Notes under the pieces: generated by a model
Databases searched by the model: none
What the model saw: only the letters and a program-made list of their open reading frames with translations
What the model was told of the DNA's origin: nothing
Shown here: one piece after another, positions 36,785 through 50,169 of the stretch
Position numbering within the stretch: position 1 is the first letter of the stretch
Layout of the letters: the number at the start of each line of letters is the position of its first letter
From: Felis catus
Taxonomy: Eukaryota
Assembly: GCF_018350175.1 (NCBI RefSeq)
Contig: NC_058368.1
Coordinates: 24,678,001 to 24,742,000, forward strand
DNA: 64,000 nucleotides
Direction: 5' to 3'
Position numbers and translations under genes: made by a program

Positions 36785-37600
36785 TGCCCCGAGCATTGTG
36801 AAAAAGACTCTTCAATATGCCTCGTAACACCAATTTGTGTCTATTATTGATAACGTTGTTTTAGATTTTGAGTATTGTATATTAAGAAGGGCCGATATTA
36901 TATATATTTAATGTTTTCAAAAGAATGCAGATTGTTTGTTATTAAGCATTAACTTGTTACTGGTGGTTTTGTTTACACACGTTCAATGTTTTTGCTGCTA
37001 CTGTTTTTTTTAAAGAGTTTTTTGGATTCTTCCTAAATTGTATTTGAGGGGTTGTGTATACCTAATATCGGATCCTATTTTTTTTTTTTATGAATTATCA
37101 CTGACAAGACAGATGACTCCGTTCCTCTTCCTGTAAAGCTTGTCTTGTGAAATGGATTGGTACTTCCAATGAACAAAAGTGCGACCCACAGTCTATTTGC
37201 TCGGAAGTTTTTTCCGCCTTAAATGCCATTTTGTAATTGTATCAGTGTTACAGACTTGGCTCGTTCCAGGGTTCGTATGGAGAGTGTACGTTGTTTCTGC
37301 ATTTACATCTGTTTCGAGATGAGCTTGAGTTGCTTAGCTGTGCCCGGAGGCCCTGCTTGACGCAGTCACCTCTACGTGGCGCTCTCAGAAGTGCACACCT
37401 TTGTTATCTCTCTTCCCCACACCAAGTCAAGGGAGGCATGGATGAGTAGAACTTCACACCTGCTCTTTAGGATGTAGTCTCATACATATAACACTGAACA
37501 TAAAGTGTTTGCAGAAAATACTGTAATAACATTAAAATACTAGTAATTACTAGTAAAATACTAGTAATAACATTAAAATCACAGGCATCACCTTAAGAGG
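36785..37600 (+). other. RUBCNL: RUBCNL 3' UTR (3' end uncertain); candidate ATTAAA poly(A) signals at 37531 and 37572
   Basis: U-rich sequence after the stop codon, two ATTAAA hexamers, and a GU/U-rich tract at about 37618-37632. Confidence 0.5.
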
Positions 37601-37842
37601 TTAAAGGAATCACTGTGCTTTCTTGAGACACGGGAGTCTGTTTTTTTGTTTTACCTGCTACATTCTTTCTCCTACTTGAGAAGGGCCCTGGGCCTGGATT
37701 CCTTCCTGGAACATCTTCAGCCTGGAGCACAAGTGTCATATCCCCTGGGGTTCATGTGCCCTAACTAAACGTATTCAGATGAACTTCTCAAACAGTACAG
37801 GCAGGCAGTAGAGTGGTACTGGTCCTCCCCTAATCCCATCCA

Positions 37843-37889
37843 GTGCGTGCGTGCGTGCGTGCGTGCGTGTGTGTGTGTGTGTGTGTGTG
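37843..37889. repeat. (GTGC)n(GT)n compound microsatellite
   Basis: Directly visible. Confidence 0.9.
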
Positions 37890-39349
37890 GTATTCAGTGG
37901 GATAATATCGAGCACATGAAAGAAATGAGTGTCTCCCACCAATCTGGTATCTTCTCCTTCTGTCACTTGTTTTCCCATCCCAGATGCATCCAGAACTGTG
38001 CGCCCACTCATTATTTAAGCTAGGTCTCTTTTAAATAGAAACTTAGGTCCAGGGGATGAGATAAACAAGGTCAAATTTAAAGCAGTGTTTTATTCCTGCC
38101 CATAGTTTATATTCCCTCTTGGGAGTCAAGGATTGGCATGGTATGTTAATATCACCTGTCTGTGAGATTCATGTCAGTATCTTCATTTCACAAGTAAGAA
38201 AACAGGCTGAGAGAAGAGGAACAACCCACAGGTAGTGCACGGGACAGCTGGAGTTGGTTCTCGGGTCTGCCTGCCTCCAAAGCCCGTGATCCTAGCCCCT
38301 ACCTATATGGTATCTTTTGGAGACAATACAAGCGAAAGAAACCAATTTCTAACTGGTAAGTGCGGTCCAAGCCTCAGTTCGTGGCACGGGGCTGAGTGCC
38401 TTCTCAGTCTCTTGCGTTGATTTGAGGAAGTTTCTGTGGCTTATGCATTGCTTGAAGGGCTCTGTGTTCGGGCTGCTGTGTTTGTAAGGCACTGGTATGT
38501 GTATGTGTGGGAGACACATCTTTGATGTTGAGGAAGAGGGCACGGCAGCTGCCAGGAAGCAATGCTTTTGACTTTTTATTTTGAGGCATATCGAGGCAAT
38601 ATAAATAACCATTCTATGGGCTTGGCTGAGACGTGGTTCCTCCCCACGTGGTATTAGACGGGTTTTCCCCACAAGGTGCCTGTTAGAACAAAGAAGCCAC
38701 CTCCACGCACGGGCAGCAGTCTGCAGGGAAGTGATTCTCTGTGAAATATGTTGCTTTTTAATGGGATTTACTCATTGTCCTAGTTTTTCCACGTAACTCT
38801 TCCCTGGCCGCCAGAAGGAAGATGAGGACTTGGTCTTTGTCATCAGGCTATCATCCGCCGTGACGCCTCGAGTGGCAGTGCTGGGATCCCAGTGATTACT
38901 TTGGCCTTTACGCCGTTGCTCGAACAATTCCAGTAACGTGTCACTTACAGTCGTGGCTCTCAGCTGCAGGCAGGGAGTTATACCAGGGGATGTGGAGCGA
39001 GGAGGGATGAGTCATCTCAAAGATGTCCTAGTGGGTTGGCTTGGGTGAGAATTATTGGATCGATTCCCAGGTCTGCCGCTTTGTATTCGTGTGGCTCTGG
39101 GAGAGATACTTCGACGATCTGTGCCTCTGTTTGAAAATGGGGGATGATAAATCTGTATAGTTGATAGGAGGATTAGAAATGAAAATGAAGCACCCAGCAG
39201 AGGGTCTGGTATAAGCAATTATTAAGTGGTAATAATTAGATCTAGACAGATTAAATACTGAGTTATACCACCTATTTTCTGTGTACCTTTGTGGAAGTTA
39301 CTCTGTATCTCAGTTTAGTCTGAGGATTAGAGCAATACCCACCCCCCCA

Positions 39350-39800
39350 CCCCCCTCCCACCCTGCAAAAAGCCACGTTGAAGTTCTCAGTCCAGGTACC
39401 TATGATGTGACCTTCTTTGGAAATGGGTGTTTGACGATGTAGTTAAGATGAGGTCCTCCTGGGTTAGGGGACCCTAATCTAATGATGGGTGTTCTTACGA
39501 GAAAAGGGAAGTTTGGACAGAGATAGACACACAGAAATCACAGGGAGAACGTCATGTGAAGGAGACATGGGGCCACGTGTCTGTAAGTCAAGGAACCCTG
39601 AGCACTGCCGGCAGCCAGCAGACCCCTAGCAGGGACGTGTGAAGCCGGTCCTCCCTCGCGGCCTCACGAAGGAACCAGCCCTGCCCACACCTTGACTCTG
39701 AACGTCTAGCATCCAGAACCGTGAGAAAATGAACGCCTGTTGTTTTAACCCACTTGGTTTGTGGTCATTTGTTGGCGCAGCCCTAGGAAACCGACGCACC
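39350..39800. mobile_element. MaLR LTR (MLT1-like)
   Basis: gatgtgaccttctttggaaatggg...ttaagatgaggtc...gaaggaaccagccctgcccacaccttgac...gcagccctaggaaac. Confidence 0.82.
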
Positions 39801-41104
39801 AACGTTCGGTGTTGTTAGGAGGGCTAGATGGTGATTAAGTGGCCCGCTTCCTGGTGCCAGAGAGGCGTCATCCAGTTCTGGACCTCTGACCTTCAGGCAT
39901 CAAGACACAGAGAATGGATTCTGAAAGGTAACGATGGCATGGAAACCGCACCATCCGTAGGTCGGTGGGCGTCTGGACAGACAGAGATCCCCAAACAGAG
40001 CGATGACGACCGAGCACTGCCTCCACCTTTCCTACTTCTGCTCTGGAGCTTTGGAGACAACGGCCACCCTTAGGTGCCACGAGTTTGGAAGGTGCTAGTC
40101 TGAATCATGGTGGGGTGGGTGAGGGAAGTGGCTGATACCTAAGGTTAAAAAGCAAATTAATCCGTCTTGATTTTCAGATTTAACATACGTTGGAATATAC
40201 CTTCAGACAAATCTTGAGCGAGGCTTTGATTACGAGCCCCTCCTCTCCCCCTTGTCTGCCCGGGGCTAGAGGCAGATTGGGGCTCATTGCTGGCCACACT
40301 CATGGGCGTCTGTGTCTAACAGGGGACAGGTTCTAGTGGCCCTGCCCCATCCCAGTCCCCTGTGGGGGACCTCGGAGGGTGAGAGGGACTTGTGACATGA
40401 AAGGTCGTTGTGGTGTCCTAGGGAATAACTTTGGCTGTGGCCAAAACAGGTCACTTTTGTAGCCCTTTGCTGAAGATGCTAAGAGTGTCCGTCTAGAACA
40501 GGGCTCCAACTTCAGCTCAAGTCTGAGGCATCTCTGGGGTAACCGTCAGGCAGAGGAGAAGATCGATGTCGCTGTGGAGAAAGATCCATTGCAAAGGCCG
40601 CGAAGGAGATAAGCAGAGTATTTGTCAAAGTATGAACTGTAGCTACAGGCTGAGTGCATGCTGAAGAGGAAGTTGGCAGCACGGTCCGCAGCCCTGGGGG
40701 TGGGGAACACAGCGCAGACTCAGCGGTCAAGGTGCCCACAGTCACCCCTAGGGAGGCCAGCAGGGGCAGGGCGACAGGTAAATCGCAGTCAGAGAGCAGG
40801 TGTAGTCAAAACACTGCAGGAGTGGCAGGATCCACTTGGGACACCACGAGCGCTCGTGGAGACTGATCCGGAAGGCTCAGGCAGACTCCACAGTGAACGG
40901 GAGGGTGGGAAGAGGCCCCAGGAGAGGAAGAGCAGCTCAGAGACTTCTCTGAGGAAGGGCGAGTACACGAACACCAAACTGAGGGATTTACCTAAGGATG
41001 AAGCCAGAAAGGCTAGCAGGACCCAGAACGTGGAGCCTAGAGAACGTGAGACCAGTGGGCATGATGGGCTTTGGATTCTACAGGAGGCAGGGAAGCTTTG
41101 AAAG

Positions 41105-41530
41105 AATTTTTGAAACATTTATTCATTTTGGGGAGGCAGAGCACGAGTGGGGAAGGGGCAGAGAGAGAGGGAGACACAGAATCTGAAGCAGGCTCCAGGC
41201 TCCGAGCTGTCAGCACAGAGCCCAACGTGGGGCTCTAACTCACAGACCGCGAGATCGTGACCGGAGCCGAAGTCAGACGCTGACCCAACAGAGCGACCCA
41301 GGCACTCCCCACCCCCCCTTTTTTTTAAGTTTATGTATTTATTTTGAGAGACAGCATGTGTGTGCAAGTGGGGGGGGGGGCGCAGAGAGAGAGAGGGAGA
41401 GAGAGAGAATCCCAAGCAGGCTTCACACTGTCAGCACAGAGCGTAATGTGGGGCTTGAACTCATGAACCGTGAGATCACGACCTGAGCTGAGGTCAGATG
41501 CTTAATCGACTGAGCCCCTCGGGCGCCCCT
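41105..41530 (-). mobile_element. Two tandem antisense CanSINEs
   Basis: Two consecutive antisense consensus copies. Confidence 0.9.
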
Positions 41531-42169
41531 GAAGGATTTTGAGAGAGAGAGGCTCACCACTGAACCTCCACATAGGAAGATAATGCTGGGTCCGTGTTGA
41601 GGATGGATGGGAGCCCAGGAATTGTCCGCCGACCAGCTGTCGTGATGAGATTCTGAACAAGGGCTTCCATGGAAGAAATGGGAAAGGGAAGATGCTTGAA
41701 GACGTGGGGAAGAACTGGGGTGAGGCGAACAAGGAATTCATCTCAGGCATAAAATTCGAAGGAACCCGAAAACTCAGGATTCAAGAAAGATCATCAATGG
41801 TTTAAAAACTTAATGTAAAAAAATTCACGATGAACGAAATTCAACATTTCAGATAAAGACGGGATCCTGCCCTGCCCTGACCCAAATGGGCCTCACGCAT
41901 CTCCCGCGAACCCCAGCCGTGGGAAGAACACAGGAGACACTGAGGCCGCGGACAATGTGTTGGAAACTGAGGAGTCTGGGCGGGAGGTACGAGAGGAAGG
42001 CCTCTGCTAACATTTACGGAGCCCGTGCCAGAAAGCAAACCTCAGGCCCACATACCAGATCGCTAACTACGTAAAAATTACACAAGATTCATTTTATCCT
42101 CCTACTGTGATGAATATGCCTTCATCAGGACCCAGGAAGGCAGGGTTGGATTCAAACTTGAGACTCCAT

Positions 42170-42362
42170 GGGGCGCCTGGGTGGCACAGTCCGTTGAGCG
42201 TTTGACTCTTGGTTTCAGCTCAGGTCATGATCTCACAGTTGGCGAGTTCGAGCCCTGCATCAGGCTCTGAGCTGTCAGTGCAGAGCCTCCTTGGGATTCT
42301 CTCTCTCTCCCTCTCTCTCTGCCACTCCCCTGCTCATACTCTATAAATAAAACAAACAAACA
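42170..42362 (+). mobile_element. CanSINE
   Basis: ggggcgcctgggtggc head, (CT) tract, A-rich tail. Confidence 0.9.
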
Positions 42363-43859
42363 AGCCTGAGACTCTTGGTGCTCTGGAGCATGATGGCTCA
42401 GAGCTAGCTGCGACCTGCCCTTTTTCTCATCCTGTCTCTGGCTTCATCCCGCAAGCTGCTGCTCTGAGCTCCTGGTGGGGACAGCATAGTTCACCTTCAG
42501 GAGACTGGTCCAAGGGAAAGGTCCTGACTGTCCTCTGTAAGTGGTCTGGGGCCACAAGGCAGGAAATTCTGGGGTGCCCAGAGCACCATCTGAAAGGAGG
42601 GGTGGGCCTTGGAAGGACATGTCCCCTGGGTCTTTGTTCCATCACCTGTGGGGAGGGACAGAGCCAGAGGAAGGCCACAGCGGGGCCTCGGGCTCCCAGA
42701 TCTAAGGGCCCAGTGACCCCAGGCAGGGGGGTGCGGGAAGGGCAGCAGCGTGGAGGCAGGAACACAGCAAGAAGAAGGTGAGGGGCGGCCCCGGCCCGAG
42801 AGGTGAAGTGCAGAGGAAGGTACGGAATTTGTCTAAGCTCTATGGTCAATCTCTGGGATTCTTAGTCCTCTTGACGAGGAGAGCTGCCCCTAGTCGAGAG
42901 GAAGTGTAAGAGGCGGTTTTTTCTGTTTTGTGCTGAGGTTTTCCAGTTGTGTGCGCATTCTACCCGCCGCAGCCTCACTCATGAAAGCACTGTTTTAGTT
43001 TCCAGTGAAGTGGAAGGGAAACCCCCATTCCCCTTTTCACACCAGTTGGGGAATTGTTTATTCAGAGATAGAGATCCTTCAATGTTCGTTTTAAGGAAGC
43101 GTGCTCCTAAAGGATGTTGACAAATGAAACAGTGTAATTCTCGACTCCATCCCTTTTTGGAGACAACCGAGAAGGTTCGTGACCAAGGCTTTCCGTGCGT
43201 GGCGTTTGCTGATGTGAAACCAGCTGAGACCTGGTGCAGGACTGAAGGCCCAGCTCCTCCCCGACATGTCTGCAAGGTTCTTTCAGTAAGAAGAGGAACC
43301 TGGGGTGTGGAGGTGATGCGTGGAGGCATTAGATCAGCAGACCTGGTGTCCAGAGTCAGGGGCCCGTGCACTGTGTTTCCACTCACAGAGCTGTCCCATC
43401 ACCTCCCCAGGCAAAGGTAGAGAAGCTTCTAATTGCCCACTTGGGACACGTCCCCTTCTGCCACCTCCCTACCCCTCTGACATTGATCTCATCCTCTGTC
43501 CCATCCACTTGAGCACACTTCAACATTAAAAACAAACGAATGAAGACCTTCAATAGGTCATTTATTGAGCAAGTACTATTGCCAGACACATAAAGATGTC
43601 TTTGGCGAAGGGCTTCACTATAGATTGGAACCCTTTCCCCTGTCCTCTGCTTACTATGGATTCCACAAGTGTCCAACAAGAGCACACTGCCTTCCCACTG
43701 AAGGCGGAAGGCCCTGCAGGACAGCTTCTTTGTCACCATCCAACAGGAAATGGCTTATTAGTAGCTGGTAGACAATCTTTATTACATCAAGTTAACAGAT
43801 AATGGTCTCCATCCACCATGGGGCTGCAAGAAAACAAGAAGGAAGGTGTGTCTACAGCT

Positions 43860-44240
43860 TGTGGCATATCCACCAACATCTGGCTTTCCTCTTCATGGGC
43901 ACACAGTTAAACTACGTGTCACCTGGGTGAGCCAATGTGGATTGAAGTACAAGTGGAGGCGATGTACAGTACTTCCAGTCTAGCCCTAAACGTCCTCCTT
44001 GGCTTTTCCCTCCCACGTTCCTCTCTGGCTGTCTGGAAGCAAAGGACTGCATGATGGAAGAGCCACACAATGGAAAAAGCCTAGCCCCCTGAGTGGTTGT
44101 TTGAAGGAGATCTACTCAGAAGCATGGCATCTGCATTAGACTTGGCATGATTGAAACTGAACTTTTATTTTATTCAGTTACTGAGATTTGGTGATGCTTG
44201 TTACGGCAGCATAACCCAGTCTTCCCTGACTAATACAAGA
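43860..44240. mobile_element. Old MaLR LTR (MLT1-like)
   Basis: Ends in ttactgagatttggtgatgcttgttacggcagcataaccc...ctgactaataca, typical of MLT1 termini. Confidence 0.65.
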
Positions 44241-44810
44241 AGCCCTGATGCCTGTTGCCAAGTGGATCAGCAGGTGGGGGACAGTTTCATCACACAGATG
44301 GCAAAAGCTATTCTACTACCTCTAAGTCACCCACTAGCCTCTAGTATCCCTTATATCAAAAAATAAATGAATAAACAGAAGGGAAAAAATTTTTGACCTC
44401 ACATTCATCTCCATTTTCACTTCCATGTTCTTTTTCACAGCCCCATTTTTGAAAGAAGAGTCTTTAATTTTTTTCTTTATTTCCACATCTCCTGTCTTCT
44501 CCTCTACTTAATCAATAGAGTTTCTATTTCAACAATTCCACCCAAACTGTCAAGGTCACTAGTAATATCTTTGTTACCGAATTCAATAATCATCTCGTTG
44601 TTTTCATCTTAGTCTGTCCCTCAGGAGCATCCCTGTGTATATTTTTTTACAACTTTATTTTAACAATATGTAAAAATGGAAAATCACTAGACTAGAATTA
44701 AATTCACCACATTTATTTAATGGTGAATATCTCTGTAGAGTGAGATTAGAAAAAATTTCTTTTGTAAACTTTACCATATAGAATATGTATCATTTGGCAA
44801 ATCACGTCTA

Positions 44811-44963
44811 GGGGCACCTAAGTCAGTTAAGCATCTGACTTCGGCTCAGGTCATGATCTCATGGCTCGTGAGTTTGAGCCCTGCATCGGGCTCTGTGCTG
44901 ACAGCTCGGAGCCTGGAGCCTGCTTCGGATTATGTGTCTCTCTCTGCCCCTCCTCCACTTGTG

Positions 44964-45011
<48 letters not shown>

Positions 45012-45028
45012 AATAAACATTAAAAAAA
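44811..45028 (+). mobile_element. SINEC_Fc-type SINE
   Basis: CanSINE consensus with a small 5' deletion. Confidence 0.9.
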
Positions 45029-47512
45029 GTCACATCTGCACTACAACCATGTTTCTGCCCCCCCGCCACCCCCTAAGAATTTCCTTTACATCGGACAACT
45101 TGTCTTTGGAATGTGAGGGTGATTGGCCCATGGGCATGATGAGAATGCAAAGCGAAGGATTAAGGTGGGAAACCTACATCTGAAGGCTGGCTCAGATGCT
45201 TTCAAGTTGTGCGACATTGACCAGGGTCTTTCACTTCTCTGAGTCTTTTCTTCTCTATCTAGAAAGTGAGGTAGCACATCCACCTTGTGGGGTTGGTTTG
45301 GGCATCAAATAAGAGAATGTAAGTGAAAGCTGCTATAACGTAAAGCTCTATAGAGACGTAACTTAGAACACTACTCTCTTCTGACGCCAAAGCTCGTAAG
45401 AAACTGACACTTGTGGTTTCTACTCTCAAAGCCCATGGAAATGACTATTGGCTTTCTGTAAGCTAACGTGACACTTTGACTACGCCCCGGCCAGCCTTCC
45501 GGGGTACACACCACCTTCTTGACCAGTCATTCTATCCAGGGGGCCACTCTTGGTGGCCATGGTCAACACAGAGAGTCACTTCCCAGCCAACCTTCCTTCA
45601 CTGTCAAAGCCGGGACTGGCCAACGTTCAAAGTGTTGGATATCTGTTTTTTGAACACCTGGCTCCTGGTAAGAGGGTGCCTACAAATATATCACTTTTCT
45701 CCACCTAGACTTCAAGTCAGCAAGTCACTGAGAAGATATGTTGTTATGGAAGAGGTCATTAAGTAGCCTCGGAGGCAAACGTAAGGTCAGTGTGCATACC
45801 TCGTCCTGGGAAACAGGTGTGTTTTAGTACCTGACAGAAGTGGATTAGTAATCACATTCCAGACTCTAAATGAGGACACTCTCATCATATACAGTTTAGT
45901 CTCCAACAAATTTTCACTCAGAGCACCCTCTTCCCGGGACCCAGATGTACAAAAAATAAATACTTCTCCTGCCTTGGGAATATAATTCAGGTTTTGTTGC
46001 TTGCTAGACCTGTGCGCCTTTCGTCAGTCTCCCCTGTAGAGGTTGTGGTGAAGTATGATTGAGACCCTGTATGTGAAAGCATTTGAAGCCTGTGAAGTGC
46101 CACTCAAATGTCATCATCTCTCAAGACACCCCACACGTGTTCAGGGGCGTTCAGCAGGAAGGTGATTTACAATTGACAAAGTGCCATATTTCTGTGGCTT
46201 TTATGCCCGAGTCCCCTCTCTGACTTTTAGCCAGAGAAGAGAAAGCAGAGGAAATCTGGTTTTAGCTGTGAGGGACCCAGGGAGTGGGTAACTGGAAAGA
46301 GGAACGTGTGTATGGGCGTGTGGGGGAGACACAAGGCAAACTAACTGGCTTCTAACTATTCCCTCGGCCTTCCCGGCTGAACGAACCCATGCTGACCAGT
46401 AATGTGTTCTCTCCCTTGTCCTGCGCCAACTTCAGCCCTGGAGGCACGCGAGGACTTCAAACCGTAACTCTTTACGCTCATGGCTTTGTTTCTGTCAACA
46501 GCATCGGAGCCTGTGCTGTCGGGTAAAAAGAAGGAAATTAATATTTATCACATATCTATTATGTAGTAGAGACTGAGGTTTTGTATTTTAAAATGAGTGG
46601 CCAGAAAATGGCATTGATTCTCAGTTTTCAGCAACGCGGAGGAGACAGACTGCAAAGATTTGGGGCCGCAGCATTCTTCTGGCAGAAAGAACGCCAAATA
46701 CGAAAGACGCAAGGTGCAAAGGAGGCTTCTATGTGCCAAAGCCAGATGGAAGGTCATGGCTGGAGGAACTCAGGGAGGGAGCCGAGAGCAGGCAGGAGCT
46801 TGATCATGTAGGGCTGCCCAAGCCATGGTGAGAGTCTGCATTTTACTCTGTGTGCCACAGGAATCCGCTGGGGGGTTATGCGAAGGGGAGTCTGTGCTCT
46901 GCGTTGAAAGTTATCACCTGGAGAAGGACGTGTGTAGGGGAGGAGACCGTGGCTGGTGATCAGCTGGAGGTGGTTCCAGATCCAGGTGAGAGATGATGGT
47001 GCCCAGAATGGCCATGGTGGCGGTGGAGTCGGAGAAGAGCTGATGGTCTGTCGTTCAGCCATCAACAGCGTGATTAAGAGCTCGGAATGTACTTCTGCTC
47101 TGATGCGCGGTGAACCAAAATTATGTCTTTGGCCATGATCACCATGAGGCGCCGACACAGCACACGGGGAGATGGGCTGAGATCGAAATCTCCCCCCTCT
47201 CTCTCCTTGATTTCTACAACTGTTCGCATCGTTTAGGAAAGAGGGGGAAAGTCATCCATTTCTACAGCAGGTGGCAGCATTGCTTTGAGTTCCACACATC
47301 CCAGGCCTGAAGCCAAGACGCATGCCCATGGGGGCTACCAAGACCCAGTGTTTCCAGCTCACCAGGGCGTCCTCACGGGAAGAGAAGCAGCTAATCAGTC
47401 TTTATTGTTGTCCAGGGAATCACCCGTTAGGAAGGTGGTTCATCAGATTCTGTTTCAAATGTGTCATTTTCCCATAAGGGCAACACATCGCCCTTTTAAA
47501 AGGAAGAGTTGC

Positions 47513-47745
47513 GGGGCACCTGGGTGGCTCAGTCGGTTGAGTGTCCAACTTCGGCTCAAGTCATGATCTCACGGTCCGTGAGTTCGAGCCCCGCGTCGGG
47601 CTCCGTGCTGACAGCTCGGAGCCTGGAGCCTGTTTCAGATTCTGTGTCTCCCTCTCTCTCTGACCCTCCCCCGTACATGCTCTGTCTCTCTCTGTCTCAA
47701 AAATAAATAAAAACGTTAAAAAATAAAATAAAATAAAAAATAAAA
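47513..47745 (+). mobile_element. SINEC_Fc with target-site duplication
   Basis: taaaaggaagagttgc on both flanks. Confidence 0.94.
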
Positions 47746-47875
47746 GGAAGAGTTGCTTTTTGCCGCCTTTGTAGTCATTACAAAGCGCGTACGGTGCCCT
47801 GGGCTGTTTCCTGACAAGTCCACAGTGTCTTTAGCAGTTTAACGGTGGGGATCCCAGAGCTGTGTTTTCAGTCCT

Positions 47876-47940
47876 GGTGGGGGGGGAGGGGGGGCGGGGG
47901 AGGGGCGGGGGGAGAGGGCTGGGGGGAGGGGGGAGGGCAG
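47876..47940 (+). repeat. G-run cluster (potential G-quadruplex)
   Basis: Nine runs of 3 or more G within about 60 nt. Confidence 0.8.
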
Positions 47941-49227
47941 GTGCTGGGTAGCACAGAGTTTGAGAGCCTCTGGATGCAGACCACTTGGATTTCAAAGCTG
48001 GCTCGTATACTTAACTAGTTCTGTGACGCTGTGCGAGTTACTTAACTCCTGCGTCTCGGCGTCCTCATCTGTAAGTGGGCACAATGACAGTGCCTGCCCT
48101 GTGAGGTGGTTGTAAAAACGAAACGAGTTATAAGTGTAAAGCATACAGAGCAGTGCCAGCCCCGGGGCAAGCACAGGAGGGGCGACAGCTAACGATACCG
48201 ACACACCTTGTGCCCTCCTTGGGTGAGAACGGCTCTGCAGGGCACCAGGCACTCACTGCCCCAGACCAGAAACGACTGGCCACAGACTGTCTCCTTAGTC
48301 TTCCAAGGTTAGCATCTAGGTGGTTGAAACCCAAAGTCGCAGGGACTGAGAAAGGCTTAAGGTGTGTCCCTGCTTCTAGAATGATCTATATGCAAGCCCA
48401 TATAGAGGCAGGGTAGGTCCTAAATTTGTACCTAGTCCTACGTCTTCTGCTTGTGGGTCCCCACCCCAGGATTTGGCCTCTGCTTGAGCACTCTAGAAAG
48501 CACAGCATTTGCTAAGATTCCATCTGACCCCCCCGTCATTTACACCCCTGATGCTAACTGCACATTCTCATCAGCCTCAGTAAATGGAAATCTGCCCCCA
48601 TTCCAAAGGTTCTTCAGGGAAAAGAGATATAAGATGTCAACTTTGACCCCCAATGCTACCGTCGTTGGGAAATCCTTAAGGAAAGGGGACTGTTGGCAGA
48701 TTCGTTAGGGAAAAGGGACTCTTTCTGAACGTAGCCTCCCCTTGCTTTTGGTGAGAAAACAGAAAGTCATGACAGTAGGACCTTGACCGCAGGGTCAGCC
48801 ATGAGCTGGTCTTTCTTTTCACAAGTGTCTAAGGGTCCTGGGTCCAGGGGCTGCATCAATAGCAGGAAGAAACACGGCTAGAGAATTTGAAGGTCTGTGA
48901 AGCAGCAGCAGTGACCAAGGTAGGGTTTCACTGAGCCGAGCGAGGCTTGCCTCCGGATCCCACCCCCGGCCCACGTTGTCAGAGTCACGCGAAAGATGCT
49001 AGGATAGGGTTGAAGCCCAAAGGCTGGGGCTTATTTGGAAACATAGTTCTTCCCTGCATCACTCAGGTTACGTAACTGGTGTAACCAAGTCACCTCACCT
49101 CCCTGGGTCTTCACTTCCTTGCCTGCAAGGTGAGCATAAAGGAACTAACACAGTGTTTCCAGAAGTGAGTTCCCTGCCACGTTAATCCTTAGAGCTGTTC
49201 CATGAAGAAACAAATTCTGTGGTCTAA

Positions 49228-49452
49228 ACCATGTTCCAACAGGCGCATTTTTGCCCCTCGGTGACATTTGGCGACGTCTGGAGCCGTTTTCGGTTGTCAC
49301 AATGTTGGGGGGGGAAGGGTTGGGGGGCTACGGGCATCTAGCGGGCAGAGGCCGGAGTGCTGCTAAATAAACACCTGCAATGCACAGGAGAGTTCCCACA
49401 GCAAAGAACCGCCTGGCCCAAAGTGGTACAAGGTGGAGGAACTAAGGAGAAA
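49228..49452. mobile_element. MER20-like hAT relic
   Basis: ttttgccc...gacatttggcgacgtctggag...ggttgtcacaa...ggcatctagcgggcagaggcc...tgcaatgcacagga. Confidence 0.75.
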
Positions 49453-49869
49453 CGAGTGAGTTGGGGGATATACGCGGCATGTTCTATCACTTTCTTTCTC
49501 AGTATTCTATCTCATTCTTTCTTTCACATTGGTATAACGAAGGCAGGGAGATGTATCTCTGTACGTTCCCTTCAACCCAGTGTTTGTCATACTTGTTTGA
49601 TCTTGGAACAGTCTGTCTCCCCACCGCCTCCACGATTACACCCACCACCTTATTATCCTCATGCAAAACCGCCTCCAGATAGGGGGCCATTTGGGGGGGG
49701 AATGCTGGCTAGATGATGCCTAAAGTTGTTTTCCATTTTAAAAGACATTTAAAGATACTTCCCTCCGATGAGGCAGCATAATGTTGGGTCCTGACTAAAG
49801 CTTGGAATCCCCCTGCTTGAGTTCAGTGCTGGGGTCTGGGAGCTCTGTGACTTTGGACAGGTGACTTCT

Positions 49870-49952
49870 TTTCTTTTTACAGTAAATATAATTTATTGTC
49901 AAATTGGTTTCCATACAACACCCAGTGCTCATCCCAACAGGTGCCCTCCTAA
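49870..49952 (-). mobile_element. Extremely 5'-truncated felid L1 3' terminus inserted in a MIR-like element
   Basis: aatttattgtcaaattggtttccatacaacacccagtgctcatcccaacaggtgccctcct; gtgacttct duplicated at 49861 and 49953. Confidence 0.8.
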
Positions 49953-50155
49953 GTGACTTCTGAAGTGGTAGAAATAGCACTACTCACTCCCTGAGGGCGC
50001 CGTAAGGGTGGTGGGAGGTAATACTCTTGCAGTTTTCAGGTCAACATCGCAGTCAGTCAGATGTCAATCATTGTTATTTAAGTGTTCTGTTGTTACTTTG
50101 ATTTTGTGATTTCCCAAAGACCCAGTTTCCTGGCCGTGTTCGGTATCAGATCTGC

Positions 50156-50169
50156 CCACAAGAGGGCAC
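50156..50169 (+). promoter_or_regulatory. CTCF-like motif
   Basis: CCACAAGAGGGCAC, one mismatch to CCASYAGRKGGCRS. Confidence 0.4.

Noticed and set aside
44702..44728. 8-bp inverted repeat attcacca/tggtgaat
   Set aside because: Within chance expectation in AT-rich repeat-derived DNA.
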